From positions 1,024,001-1,088,000 of the forward strand of contig JAWAWX010000001.1 of NCBI GenBank assembly GCA_038897215.1: DNA of 64,000 nt. The letters are read 5' to 3'. A model generated the notes under the pieces. That model ran no database searches. It was given only the letters and a program-made list of their open reading frames with translations, and had not been told where the DNA came from. The stretch is from Acidilobaceae archaeon (GTDB taxonomy: Archaea; Thermoproteota; Thermoprotei_A; Sulfolobales; Acidilobaceae). The translations under genes were made by a program, and so were the position numbers. Shown piece by piece: positions 19,830-29,376 of this stretch; position 1 is the first letter of the stretch; each line of letters begins with the position of its first letter.

Positions 19830-20906
19830 ATGGGTGGAGAAGGGCTACATAAGATACTGGAGTCTCGAGGGGAGGGTGTAGCTGTCTACGTCTCTCAAGA
19901 GGTAGGAGTGTCTCTCGGCGGGTCTTCAGCTAGGAGAGTTAGCGTCAAGATACCGAAGAATAAGCCTAGAGGCTTCGAGATAGAGCACAGCATACTAGCT
20001 CTAGGCATCGAGATACCCCCAGCTCTAGCTCTGCCACTTAGGTGGAGACTAGAGCTAGACCACGTGGCTATCTCTAGAGAGCTGAAGCCGCAGTTCAGGT
20101 CTCAGCTAGAGGAGACTCTCTACTGCAGGTCTCTCTTCGACGTCAAGCCCTTACTGTCATCGCAAGGGAGGAGGCTCGAGAGCGCTCACGCTATCCTAAG
20201 AGCTTCTTTCGATGCCGCGCACCCCATAGTCTTAAGAGATGCCAGCATGTTCTCTGTCTACAAGAAGCCCGGCTCGAAGCAATACCACTCCGCCATATAC
20301 TACTCTGGAGCTCTCGTAGCAGAGCCTGGCTCGAAGCTTAGCTTCCCTGCTCCAAGCTCCAGCCTTGAGAGCTCTCAGTCTCTAGCATGCGTTACTCTGC
20401 TACTCCCCTCATCACTCTCTAGAGTCACTCTCTCGTCCTCGCTTACGAGCACGACCGTGGAGGGACCGGGCTTTAGAGTTGTAGAGCTCCCCATACTATC
20501 CGAGAATGATGCTCTGATGATCGAATACCACCAGTCAGAGATGAAGTTCTATCCGAGGAAAGCTGTGATAGCTGACGTAGTGTTTATGCATAACAAGCTA
20601 GACGCGCCCAAGCTATCGGCTAGAGTCGAGAAGCAAGAGCTTTCCGGAAGCTTCCTCAATCTAGACGTGGTCGTAGAGAATCCCGACTATAGAAGCGTAG
20701 ACGAGGTAACAGTGAGTATCAAACACGGAGCTATGACAGTAAAGGAAGTCAGACTGCCTAAGGTTGAGGGCGAGTCCGAGACCCACGTAGCGATCCCCAT
20801 AGACCTCTCGAAGATCTCAATTAGGCCTCAGAGGCTTGTGATTAAGCTAGAGTGGGTCTACGAGGGTGTGCATTTAAGCTCCTTCACCGAGATTAGGCTA
20901 CAGTAA
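19830..20906 (+). CDS. hypothetical beta-rich protein, possible C-terminal Ig-like domain
   Basis: 358-aa ORF with upstream TTTAATAT promoter-like box; no catalytic motif recognised. Confidence 0.7.
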   Translation: MGGEGLHKILESRGEGVAVYVSQEVGVSLGGSSARRVSVKIPKNKPRGFEIEHSILALGIEIPPALALPLRWRLELDHVAISRELKPQFRSQLEETLYCRSLFDVKPLLSSQGRRLESAHAILRASFDAAHPIVLRDASMFSVYKKPGSKQYHSAIYYSGALVAEPGSKLSFPAPSSSLESSQSLACVTLLLPSSLSRVTLSSSLTSTTVEGPGFRVVELPILSENDALMIEYHQSEMKFYPRKAVIADVVFMHNKLDAPKLSARVEKQELSGSFLNLDVVVENPDYRSVDEVTVSIKHGAMTVKEVRLPKVEGESETHVAIPIDLSKISIRPQRLVIKLEWVYEGVHLSSFTEIRLQ

Positions 20907-20922
20907 CGTCTAGGAGAAAGCC

Positions 20923-21999
20923 ATGGTTGAAACTATAATAATGAGAGTAGACCCCCTCAGCCCCGATATAGACGCGATAAAGCTAGCTGCTAGCATCGTG
21001 AAGAGAGGAGGCATAGTAGCGTTCCCGACGGAGACAGTGTACGGTCTCGGGTGCGATGCCTTCAATAGCGATGCCGCTAGGAGAGTCTTCGAGGCTAAAA
21101 TGAGGCCTCCCGATAACCCACTCATAGTCCACATATCGTCCATAGAGCAACTAGACATCGTGGCTCGCAGAGTCCCCGAAGACGCGTACAAGCTCGCGAG
21201 AAGATTCTGGCCCGGTCCTCTCACCATAGTTCTAGAGAAGAATCCCCGCGTTCCCTCGATAGTAACAGGGGGTCTCGATACCGTAGCTGTGAGGATGCCT
21301 GCTCACCCAGTAGCGCTTAAGCTGATAGAGTACTCTGAGACCCCCATAGCCGCGCCTAGCGCTAACCTATCCGGAAGACCTAGCCCTACTCGCGGAGAGC
21401 ACGTAATCAGAGACATGGCTGGAAGAGCAGACGTCATAATAGATTCTGGAGAGACTCTCTACGGAGTCGAGTCCACTATAGTCGATATTTTGTCGGAGCC
21501 GCCGAGAATCCTGAGGCTTGGAGCTTACCCGGTTGAGGAGATCGAGAGAGAGCTCGGCAGAAGAATCGTCATCCCAGACTTCGCTCGAGGACTGAGAGAA
21601 GCCGAGGTCGCTCTATCCCCGGGGATGAAGTATCGCCACTACGCGCCCCAGACACCCCTACTGCTAGTAGAGGCTGAGAGCTACGAGAACCTAGGAGTGT
21701 ACGCTGAGAGAGTGCTAGAGCTAGCTACTAGGCTAGCCGGAGAAGGCAGGAGAGTAGCCATAGTGTCATCTCGCGAGACATCGAGACTCTACGCTGAGAG
21801 AGGCTTCACTACTCTAGAGTTAGGGTCTAGGAGAAACCCCTACGAGCTAGCCAAAAACCTCTACCACGTGCTTAGACAGGTAGACGAGCTTGGAGTAGAC
21901 CTAGCTATAGCCGAGGGGTTTGAGGAGAGAGGGCTGGGATTGACTGTGATGAGTAGACTCAGGAAAGCGTCGACTCAGAGAATCTCGGTAAACCTCTAG
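20923..21999 (+). CDS. sua5: L-threonylcarbamoyladenylate synthase Sua5
   Basis: AFPTETVYGLG, K.RP.DNPLIVH, FWPGPLT, APSANLSG, PGMKYRHYAP. Confidence 0.96.
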   Translation: MVETIIMRVDPLSPDIDAIKLAASIVKRGGIVAFPTETVYGLGCDAFNSDAARRVFEAKMRPPDNPLIVHISSIEQLDIVARRVPEDAYKLARRFWPGPLTIVLEKNPRVPSIVTGGLDTVAVRMPAHPVALKLIEYSETPIAAPSANLSGRPSPTRGEHVIRDMAGRADVIIDSGETLYGVESTIVDILSEPPRILRLGAYPVEEIERELGRRIVIPDFARGLREAEVALSPGMKYRHYAPQTPLLLVEAESYENLGVYAERVLELATRLAGEGRRVAIVSSRETSRLYAERGFTTLELGSRRNPYELAKNLYHVLRQVDELGVDLAIAEGFEERGLGLTVMSRLRKASTQRISVNL

Positions 22000-24167
22000 C
22001 TCTCCATGAAGCTCTCGAGACCCCTGCCTTTACTCTTCTTCGAGCTAGAGATGCCGAGAAACTCCATTATCGCCTCCACGGTAGCCGGACCTATCCCCGG
22101 CACTTTAGCCAAGTCCTCTGGCTTGGCTACCATCAAGTCGTAGAGAGTCCTGTAGCCAGCCTCGTAGAGTCTCCGAGCTCTAACCCTGCCGATCCTGGGT
22201 ATCGCTACTAGAGGCAGTAGCTCCGGCTTGACTCCATGCCTCAGTCTCTTGGATAATAGTAAGAGTCTCTGAGAGAGCTCTCGCGAGTTGAAGCCGACTA
22301 GAACAACGCTAGCTAGACTGGAGGCGATCCACTCAGCTGAGTCCACTAGAACCGCTATGTCTCCAGGCCCTACTCCATAAGATTCTAGTATGGAGTCTTC
22401 TGAGACCTCGTTGACCCAGTCGTGAAGCACTAGAGCCGTCCTAGCTGCTCTAGCTTCTCTAACGTCATCCCAGTCTATGAGAGAAGCTAGTCTTGGACTG
22501 TAGTCTAGGAATCTGTCTATAGTGCTAGAGATCTCCCTCTTGGAGGCAGGTAGGAGCGTCATATCCGGCATAAAGGCTACGATGAGGAGAGCCTCTAGGT
22601 CTCCTACCTCGACTCCCGCTAGCCTATCTAGTATCTCTTCGAGAACAGGCACTGTTTGCGGGTCTAGGTAGCTCCTCGAGACCTCTACTCCTAGAGCTGT
22701 GGGCCTGTAGGAGTCTCGAGACCCCTCTATTAGCCTCCACAACTCGAGCTGCCTGACTGCTGTCTCTACCTGGCTTCTAACCTCCTCTAGTCTTCTTCCT
22801 CTAGCGTAGAGAGTCTTCGAGACCACCTCGAGGACCTCTTTTAGCGATGTGGCTAGCTTGGATGCTATGAGCCCTAAAGCCATGTGTCTGAGCCCTCTCA
22901 GCCCCCCTAGGCTACTCGATACCGGCTCCACTACTCCTCTAGCGTAGGCATTCAGCAACTCGTCTACATCCTCAGAGCTCTCGGCTACTATTACAGCCTC
23001 CCCCTGGGGGTCGAGCCCAGGTCTTCCTGCTCTACCAGCTAGCTGCTTGTACTCAGCTACACTCAAGGGCTTCCAGATGCCTTCCTCGAATCTGTAGATA
23101 TCGTCAACCACCACTCTCCTAGCTGGTAGATTGACTCCAGCTGCGAGAGTAGGAGTAGCTGAGATCGCTGCAAGACCCCCTCTCCTAAAAGCGTCTTCTA
23201 TCGCTCTCCTCTGAGTACTCGATAAGCCTGCGTGGTGATAAGCGACACCCCTCCTAACTAGGCTAGCTATCTCTTCCTTCAAGCTCTTGGGCCCATCGCT
23301 CTCCAGGATCTCAGAGGCAGCTTCTCTAGCTGTTCTCTCATCGAAATAGAGCTTAGCCGAGTACTTAGCTAGCTTCTCCGCTGTAGCTACAGCTCTCCTC
23401 CTAGCTTGAACGAAGACAATAGCCTGCCCTCCTACTTTATTGATATCGACTACTAGGTCTACGCTGGCTATGTCGCCAGTTCTGCTAACTCTGTGAGTCT
23501 CTCCGTTAGAGTACTTGATCAAGCCGTCCCAGTAGACTCCCTCTCTTAGAGGGACGGGTCTCCAATCGCTGACAACGAGCTTAGCTCCAATCCAATCAGC
23601 TATCTCTCCAGCATTAGGTACTGTAGCGCTTAACCCGATTATCTGAGGAGGCTCTCTAGAGGAGAGTAGCTTAGCTATGAGGGATTCGAGTACAGGACCT
23701 CTTTCAGGGTCTCCTACGTAGTGTATCTCGTCTACCACTATTGCCGCCAGTATTTCAGCAATACCCGGGTTGTTTCTGAGAAGAGAGTCTAGCTTCTCGT
23801 ACGTCGTCACCACTATATTGCCTTCTACGTCTCCCTCTGTGTAGTCGCCTACGCTAACGCCTACTCTGAAGCCTAGCGCTTCTAGCTTCCTCACTTCTCT
23901 ATACTTCTCGAGAGCTATGCTTCTAAGAGGCACTGTGTAGACTGCTCTCCTATCTCTCTTCTCGTAGAGCCTATTGACTATAGCTATCAAGCCTATGAGA
24001 GTCTTCCCGGAAGCTGTGGGAGCCGCTACTATCAGATTGTGCCCGCTCTCTACTCCAGCTTCGAGAGCCTGCCTTTGTGGAGGAAATAGCTCTCTATAGC
24101 CTAGAATCTCGAGTAGCCTAGCTGTAGCCTCTCTAACCTCCATCAAGCTCACACAGCTGAGTAGCAC
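21996..24167 (-). CDS. hel308: Ski2-like DNA helicase Hel308/Hjm
   Basis: APTASGKT, DEIH, LSAT, HHAGL, TLAAGVNLPA, QLAGRAGRPG, RVRARRLY plus HhH. Confidence 0.95.
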   Translation of the reverse strand: MLLSCVSLMEVREATARLLEILGYRELFPPQRQALEAGVESGHNLIVAAPTASGKTLIGLIAIVNRLYEKRDRRAVYTVPLRSIALEKYREVRKLEALGFRVGVSVGDYTEGDVEGNIVVTTYEKLDSLLRNNPGIAEILAAIVVDEIHYVGDPERGPVLESLIAKLLSSREPPQIIGLSATVPNAGEIADWIGAKLVVSDWRPVPLREGVYWDGLIKYSNGETHRVSRTGDIASVDLVVDINKVGGQAIVFVQARRRAVATAEKLAKYSAKLYFDERTAREAASEILESDGPKSLKEEIASLVRRGVAYHHAGLSSTQRRAIEDAFRRGGLAAISATPTLAAGVNLPARRVVVDDIYRFEEGIWKPLSVAEYKQLAGRAGRPGLDPQGEAVIVAESSEDVDELLNAYARGVVEPVSSSLGGLRGLRHMALGLIASKLATSLKEVLEVVSKTLYARGRRLEEVRSQVETAVRQLELWRLIEGSRDSYRPTALGVEVSRSYLDPQTVPVLEEILDRLAGVEVGDLEALLIVAFMPDMTLLPASKREISSTIDRFLDYSPRLASLIDWDDVREARAARTALVLHDWVNEVSEDSILESYGVGPGDIAVLVDSAEWIASSLASVVLVGFNSRELSQRLLLLSKRLRHGVKPELLPLVAIPRIGRVRARRLYEAGYRTLYDLMVAKPEDLAKVPGIGPATVEAIMEFLGISSSKKSKGRGLESFMES

Positions 24168-26245
24168 TCAGTGTATTTTTCGATTATCAGCCCGTTTCTG
24201 TGAAGCTTCTCTATCGCTTCTCTCACTCTACTCTCCGTAGCCTCGGGGTATCTCGATGTGATCTCTTTTATCAAATCAGAAGCTTTCACGCAAGCCTCTC
24301 TGCCAGCTCGCTTAATGATATCATAGACCTCAGTCATCAGCCTTCTTTGAGTGAAGCTAGCGCCCGTCATTATCGTAGTTACGTCAACCGCTCCGCTCTC
24401 GATATCAAGTCCCACGCTCTCCAGGAATGAGAGCATGAGCCTTATAGCAGCTATAGCGTCCTCTTCGAGAATCTCGTTCCTCAAAGCCATCCTAGCGTGA
24501 GCTCCCGCTATCCTGATCAGAGCCTCTAGCTGTCTAGCCGTGATGGGTACAGGAGTCTGTCCTGCTTGCTGATAGTGGAGAGCTGTGCTCCTCATCTCTA
24601 CGAAGAACTCCTCTATGATCTTCTCTGCGAGAGGAGTGAGCTCTGGCCTCACGTATCTCCTAGCGTATATTATATACTTCTTCAAGAGCTCCGGGTCTAT
24701 GTCGGGCTTGAATCTATCTGCTACGCTGTGAGCTCTCAGTATATACCTGGCTAGCTGCTTGTCTCTCTCTACTCCTATTATGTCTCTAACCACGAAGATG
24801 AGGTCGAATCTAGATAGGATCGTTGGGGGCAGGTTGACGTTATCTATGAAGGATTTAGTGGGGTCGTAGACTCCAAACTTGGGGTTTCCTGCTGCCAGCA
24901 CTGTGGTTCTAGCGTTAAGTCTTGCTACTATGCCTGCTTTAGATATGCTTATAATCTGTTGCTCCATAGCCTCGTGTATAGCTACTCTATCGTTTTTCTC
25001 CATCTTATCTATCTCGTCTATGACGGCTACCCCGCCGTCTGCCAGAACTAGAGCGCCCGCTTCTAGATAGTACTCGCCTGTCTTCGGGTCCTTCAAGACC
25101 GCTGCTGTCAGCCCCGCTGCAGTAGAGCCCTTGCCCGTAGTGTACACAGCTCTAGGAGCTAGCCTATAGCCCGCCTGTAGTAGCTGGCTCTTAGCTACAC
25201 CGGGGTCGCCTATTATGAGTACGTGTATGTCGCCCCTTATCCTAGTCCCATCGGGGAGAGTTCTAGGGCTACCTCCGAAGAGAGCTACCGCTATGGCTTC
25301 TTTTATATCCCAGTATCCGTAGATGCTGGGAGCTATGCTGGCTATGATCCTCTCCTTAACCCACGGGTCTCTCGCTAGTTGCTTGATCTTCTCCTCGTCT
25401 TCACGCGTTATGCTAACCTCCTCTAGGACTCTCTCAGATACCTTCAAGCTGTTTGCTTCAACGTATATGTTGAAGTAGGGGACTTTCTCGCTCACTGCAG
25501 CCTCTAAGCTCACGATGCCAGCTATCGTCACTCTATCGCCCGGTCTAGCAGAGTCTACTAGGTCGTGTGTGAGCTGAACCTCAATGCTTCTAGGCATCTG
25601 GCCTCCCGGGACGTCCTCGGGCTTCTCCTGAACTACTATCCTCTGCCAGTCTATGAACTCGGAGAGCTCGCGTATGAGCACAAACTTGCCTCCACTCTGG
25701 AGGCAGACGGGGCATACAGCTGGCTTCTCTATCTTCTCCCCCATCTCCTCTCCTTCAGGAGGCCATGGGAAGGTCTGACCGCAAGTGCTCTGCCCTCCCT
25801 CGTACTTCTCGTGTCTGTAGACTGCTTTGACTAGCTTGCTTCTCACTGGATGCATTCTAGTTATTATCCCCTCTATCTGGACTAGCTTGCCTACGTGCTC
25901 GCTCCTCACGTCTCTTATCTTCAGCGTATCGATTAGATTAGTGACTCTCACGAAGAACTTCTTCTTTCTCTCAGCTAGCTCTGGGAATTCCTGCATGACT
26001 ATCTCTCTAACAGCCTCCCCCGCTTCTCTCAAGACTACACGAGGCCTATCGACTAAGTCCTCGGCTAGTCTCGTATCGAACCTATAGAGGTCTGTGAACT
26101 CTACTGATAGGCTTGAAGCCCCGTAGCTAGCCATCCTCCTAAGTCTCTCTAGATACTTGAGTCTCCCCGTCTCGTCTCTGAAGTTCAAGAGGAAGTCTCT
26201 GAATCTCTCCAAGTACCCGATCTGTATTACCGCCTCTTCAGCCAC
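24149..26245 (-). CDS. mcm: replicative helicase MCM
   Basis: GDPGVAKSQ, AAGLTAAV, IDEIDKM, SRFD, ARQLEAL, C-terminal winged helix. Confidence 0.97.
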   Translation of the reverse strand: MAEEAVIQIGYLERFRDFLLNFRDETGRLKYLERLRRMASYGASSLSVEFTDLYRFDTRLAEDLVDRPRVVLREAGEAVREIVMQEFPELAERKKKFFVRVTNLIDTLKIRDVRSEHVGKLVQIEGIITRMHPVRSKLVKAVYRHEKYEGGQSTCGQTFPWPPEGEEMGEKIEKPAVCPVCLQSGGKFVLIRELSEFIDWQRIVVQEKPEDVPGGQMPRSIEVQLTHDLVDSARPGDRVTIAGIVSLEAAVSEKVPYFNIYVEANSLKVSERVLEEVSITREDEEKIKQLARDPWVKERIIASIAPSIYGYWDIKEAIAVALFGGSPRTLPDGTRIRGDIHVLIIGDPGVAKSQLLQAGYRLAPRAVYTTGKGSTAAGLTAAVLKDPKTGEYYLEAGALVLADGGVAVIDEIDKMEKNDRVAIHEAMEQQIISISKAGIVARLNARTTVLAAGNPKFGVYDPTKSFIDNVNLPPTILSRFDLIFVVRDIIGVERDKQLARYILRAHSVADRFKPDIDPELLKKYIIYARRYVRPELTPLAEKIIEEFFVEMRSTALHYQQAGQTPVPITARQLEALIRIAGAHARMALRNEILEEDAIAAIRLMLSFLESVGLDIESGAVDVTTIMTGASFTQRRLMTEVYDIIKRAGREACVKASDLIKEITSRYPEATESRVREAIEKLHRNGLIIEKYTECYSAV

Positions 26246-26798
26246 TCCCCGCTCCCCCCACTATCTTCTTGATATACGACCTCCAGCTAGAAACAGCTCT
26301 CAGGAGGTAATCGTATAGGACTAGCTCTTCTACAGTAATCCTGGTCTTCACTCCAGCGTCTTGAGAGTAGGCTAGCTTGAGGAGCTTGAGGAGCCTGGTT
26401 TCAGCTATGTCTACGAGGTTTTTCTCAGCGCTATCTCTATCTCTGAGTAGCATGTGGGAGGGGTTTTCTCTGATTATTCTATCAATCTTCTCGATAAACT
26501 CTCTAGCGCGTAGATAGAAGTCTTGCTGGAAGGCTACGAGCTCTCCCGGAGGGTTCCTCCTCTCTCTGAAGTGGAAGGTGTTAATCGTGTTTAAGTCGAC
26601 CTCGCTATCTCTGATCTCAGCGAAGCCCATATTCTTCAGTATCCGGGCCTGCCAGCGAGGGAGCTCTAACTCGTCTCCTCTCTTAACCGAGACGACCCCC
26701 ATGGGTGTAGGGAGCTGCGGGTAGTCTTTGAGAAACACGACTCTCACTTTCCTCAACTCGTAATCTAAGCTCGCTAGCTCTAGTCTCTCAGCTAGCAC
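26238..26798 (-). CDS. gins23: GINS23 subunit
   Basis: N-terminal B domain (KRGDELELPRWQA..L), DFY, RLLKL, EE..LY..W; overlaps the mcm start. Confidence 0.88.
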   Translation of the reverse strand: MLAERLELASLDYELRKVRVVFLKDYPQLPTPMGVVSVKRGDELELPRWQARILKNMGFAEIRDSEVDLNTINTFHFRERRNPPGELVAFQQDFYLRAREFIEKIDRIIRENPSHMLLRDRDSAEKNLVDIAETRLLKLLKLAYSQDAGVKTRITVEELVLYDYLLRAVSSWRSYIKKIVGGAGSG

Positions 26799-27042
26799 GA
26801 CAGCCTATACACCCGAGTAGAATACTACGATATAAGGAGGTAATTACCTCTCTAGCTCCTCTACTCTCAACGCGCTCGAGGCAAGAGCTCTCCGCGAGAG
26901 TAGCGCTGTCTCGGCTACGAGACTGAAGCTGTGCCTGAGAGTGTGGAAAAGCTTGTTGCATGAGGGTAAGTGGTTGAGCATAAGTGGGTAGCGTTGATAG
27001 CGTGGAGTACTCCAAGCTTCTCCCCGCTAGCTACTAGACTTC

Positions 27043-27125
27043 GCGTGTGCCCCGCCCCTGACCCCCTCTTCTCATACGCCAGCCGTGACGCGGCTCTCCT
27101 CGAGAGGGTTACCCTAGCGGGGCCA
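27043..27125 (-). ncRNA. candidate single-hairpin H/ACA guide sRNA
   Basis: GCCCCGC/GCGGGGC basal stem followed directly by ACA; internal pocket; CCCTCT/AGAGGG upper stem; GA..TGA K-turn-like pair; TTTAAA at 27148-27153. Confidence 0.55.
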
Positions 27126-27158
27126 TCTATTGGTGTGTAGTGTGAGCTTTAAAGAGCT

Positions 27159-27704
27159 TCAAGGAAATGCTAGGTCCTGCTGGCGGAAAAACTTAGGCAG
27201 CCTGACCCCCCTCTGCCCCTGGTAGTCTCCGGAGTAGGGCTTCTCCGAGGGGACTCCTAGCTTGACTAAGACTAGGTGGAGGAACCTGTCTCCAGCGTAG
27301 AGCTTGACTGGGAAGCTTGAGCCCACGATCTCTATGGTTAGCTGGCCTTCGAAGCCCGCGTCTACCACAGTTGAGGGTATGTAGAGACCTGTTCTAGCCC
27401 AGGTGCTCCGCAGGTTCACAAGCCCAGCTAGGTAGGGTGGGAGCTTTATGTACTCGAGAGTGTGTAGCAACACGTGCTCCCTAGGCTTGACCACTATCTC
27501 CTCGGACTCTGAGCACTCATAGAACTCGCTAGGGTCTCCCGGGTTCCTTGGGTCTAGAGTGCTGAGCGTCTCCTTGAATCTACAGTAGCCAGTACCGAGC
27601 CTCAAGTCGAGCCCGTTCTCTCTGACGATCTCGGGGCTGAAGGGCTCGACAACTAGCTCTCCGGCTCTGATAAGTATCAATATCTCTCTATCGCTCAGAA
27701 TCAA
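27159..27704 (-). CDS. dcd: dCTP deaminase
   Basis: MILSDREI, LDLRLG, RSTWARTG, VDAGFEGQLTIEI, YSGDYQGQ. Confidence 0.95.
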   Translation of the reverse strand: MILSDREILILIRAGELVVEPFSPEIVRENGLDLRLGTGYCRFKETLSTLDPRNPGDPSEFYECSESEEIVVKPREHVLLHTLEYIKLPPYLAGLVNLRSTWARTGLYIPSTVVDAGFEGQLTIEIVGSSFPVKLYAGDRFLHLVLVKLGVPSEKPYSGDYQGQRGVRLPKFFRQQDLAFP

Positions 27705-27815
27705 CTATGCCACCGAGTTATCCCTCTAGAGCTCTCTAAGCTTTAAATCGGGGGAGCTCCGAGGGCATGCTCTAGATTAAGACCTTAAACCCGAGACTCT
27801 CTCTCCCCTAGAAGC

Positions 27816-29099
27816 TTGGGATGCGCTTCTTTGAGAGTAGAGACTAGACTTGGGAAGGACGAGATGCTGAGAGTCTTCGGGCCAGCTTTGATCAAAGTGG
27901 AGAAGGGGATAGTGAGTGTTCTGGGAGCAGAGCTAGAGCAGGGAGACTCATTCCCCGTCGACGAGTTCAGAAGCTATGTTGTTAGAGCTGAAGCCGACGC
28001 TCTGCTGGTAGTTGAGCTAGGAGCTGGAGCTAGGCTCGAGCCATCGGCTCTCGAGGAGGAGCCTTATAGCGAGTGGGTTAGTGTTGCCGACGAGATTGTA
28101 GACGAGTGTAGAGACGTCTTTTGCCGTATCGCAGTAATAGGGCCTGTGGATGCAGGGAAGACTAGCATCGTGGCTCTCATAGCTAACAGAGCTCTAGCCG
28201 CCGGAGTGAGGCCCGCTGTAGTGGACTGTGATATCGGGCAAGCAGACTTGGGGCCTCCTGGCTTCACGGGACTAGCGTTCCCCTCGAGCTGGGTATCCTG
28301 GCTTAGGAGGCTAGATCCAGAGTTTCTGAGATTCGTTGGGTCTATCGAGCCAGCTGTGGTTAGCGAGGAGCTGATTCTAGCTTGTAGAGAGCTAGTCGAA
28401 AAGGCGTCGACATCGAGTAAAGCCGATGTAGTCATCGTGGATACAGATGGGTGGATTGAGGGTCTCCGAGCTCTAAAGCATAAGCTCGCGCTCCTGAGAG
28501 CTTTGAGAGCAAGCCACGTAGTAGTCGTGGGTAGCAGCATCCTAGCAGAGGTTGTGAGAGGCTCTCTCAAGACTAGAGTCTACGAACTACCTCAGCCTCT
28601 AGTAGCATACACGCGATCACCTAGTGCTAGAAGAATGCTGAGACAGAGCAACTACAAGAGGTTCCTTGGAAACGCTCACATTGAAACCATAGACTTAAAG
28701 TCAGTCACAGTGGCATCCCCATGCCTAGCCAGACTAGTAGCGAGAACCGAGCGGAGTCAAATCTATGAAGACGAGGACTCTGTGATCGTAGAGTACCCAG
28801 GCGGAGTCTGCGTATACGCTAAGAGACCTCTAAAGCCTCAAGACCTGGCTAGGATCCAGAAGAGATACGGGAGGAGAGAAGTCGCTGTAATAGACCTCAA
28901 TAACATCAAGTACACTCTCTCAGCTTTAAGGAAACCTGATGGAAGCGATTGCCCAGCACTACTCCTAGACGTGGACATCCAAAACGCGACAGCAAAACTG
29001 CTAACCACATGCCACCCTCCATTCGTAGAGCTTCACCTAGGGAGAGTTAGGCTTAGCGAGAGCCTCCTAGAGATATCGAGAGGGAGAATAATCGTCTAG
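27816..29099 (+). CDS. clp1: Clp1/Nol9-family polynucleotide 5'-kinase
   Basis: GPVDAGKTS, DCDIGQ..GPP, DTDGW, R..LR...Y lid. Confidence 0.88.
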   Translation: MGCASLRVETRLGKDEMLRVFGPALIKVEKGIVSVLGAELEQGDSFPVDEFRSYVVRAEADALLVVELGAGARLEPSALEEEPYSEWVSVADEIVDECRDVFCRIAVIGPVDAGKTSIVALIANRALAAGVRPAVVDCDIGQADLGPPGFTGLAFPSSWVSWLRRLDPEFLRFVGSIEPAVVSEELILACRELVEKASTSSKADVVIVDTDGWIEGLRALKHKLALLRALRASHVVVVGSSILAEVVRGSLKTRVYELPQPLVAYTRSPSARRMLRQSNYKRFLGNAHIETIDLKSVTVASPCLARLVARTERSQIYEDEDSVIVEYPGGVCVYAKRPLKPQDLARIQKRYGRREVAVIDLNNIKYTLSALRKPDGSDCPALLLDVDIQNATAKLLTTCHPPFVELHLGRVRLSESLLEISRGRIIV

Positions 29100-29215
29100 A
29101 CCCTCTCGCAAGCCAGCTCTACAAGACCCCAGAGCGGAGAGAGCAGAGTAACTCACTCAATGCAAAGCTCAAGCAATCACTTTAAGGTCTCGCTCAAGGG
29201 AGGAGAGGAGAAGGG

Positions 29216-29292
29216 GGGCCGGTAGCTCAGCCTGGAAGAGCGCTCGGCTTGCACCCGAGAGGTCCCGGGTTCAAGTCCCGGCCGGTCCACCA
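29216..29292 (+). tRNA. tRNA-Ala(TGC)
   Basis: Acceptor GGGCCGG/CCGGTCC with G3:U70, anticodon arm CTCGG-CT-TGC-AC-CCGAG, GGTTCAAGTCC, encoded CCA. Confidence 0.96.
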
Positions 29293-29376
29293 ATCTCTAA
29301 AACTCATTCTCGCAACCCGTTGGAGAGAGGGATTCTATTTAAGCTAGGTCTCTAGAAGCTCGCGAAGGGGCTAGAG

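Noticed and set aside
1607-26245. Inteins in RFC-S, MCM, Hel308 or XPD as host of the 7196 intein-like ORF
   Set aside because: All are normal length with uninterrupted Walker motifs, so the donor is not in this window
26788-27015. 75-aa ORF upstream of gins23 as a WhiP-like initiator
   Set aside because: Too short, with no winged-helix pattern; probably non-coding
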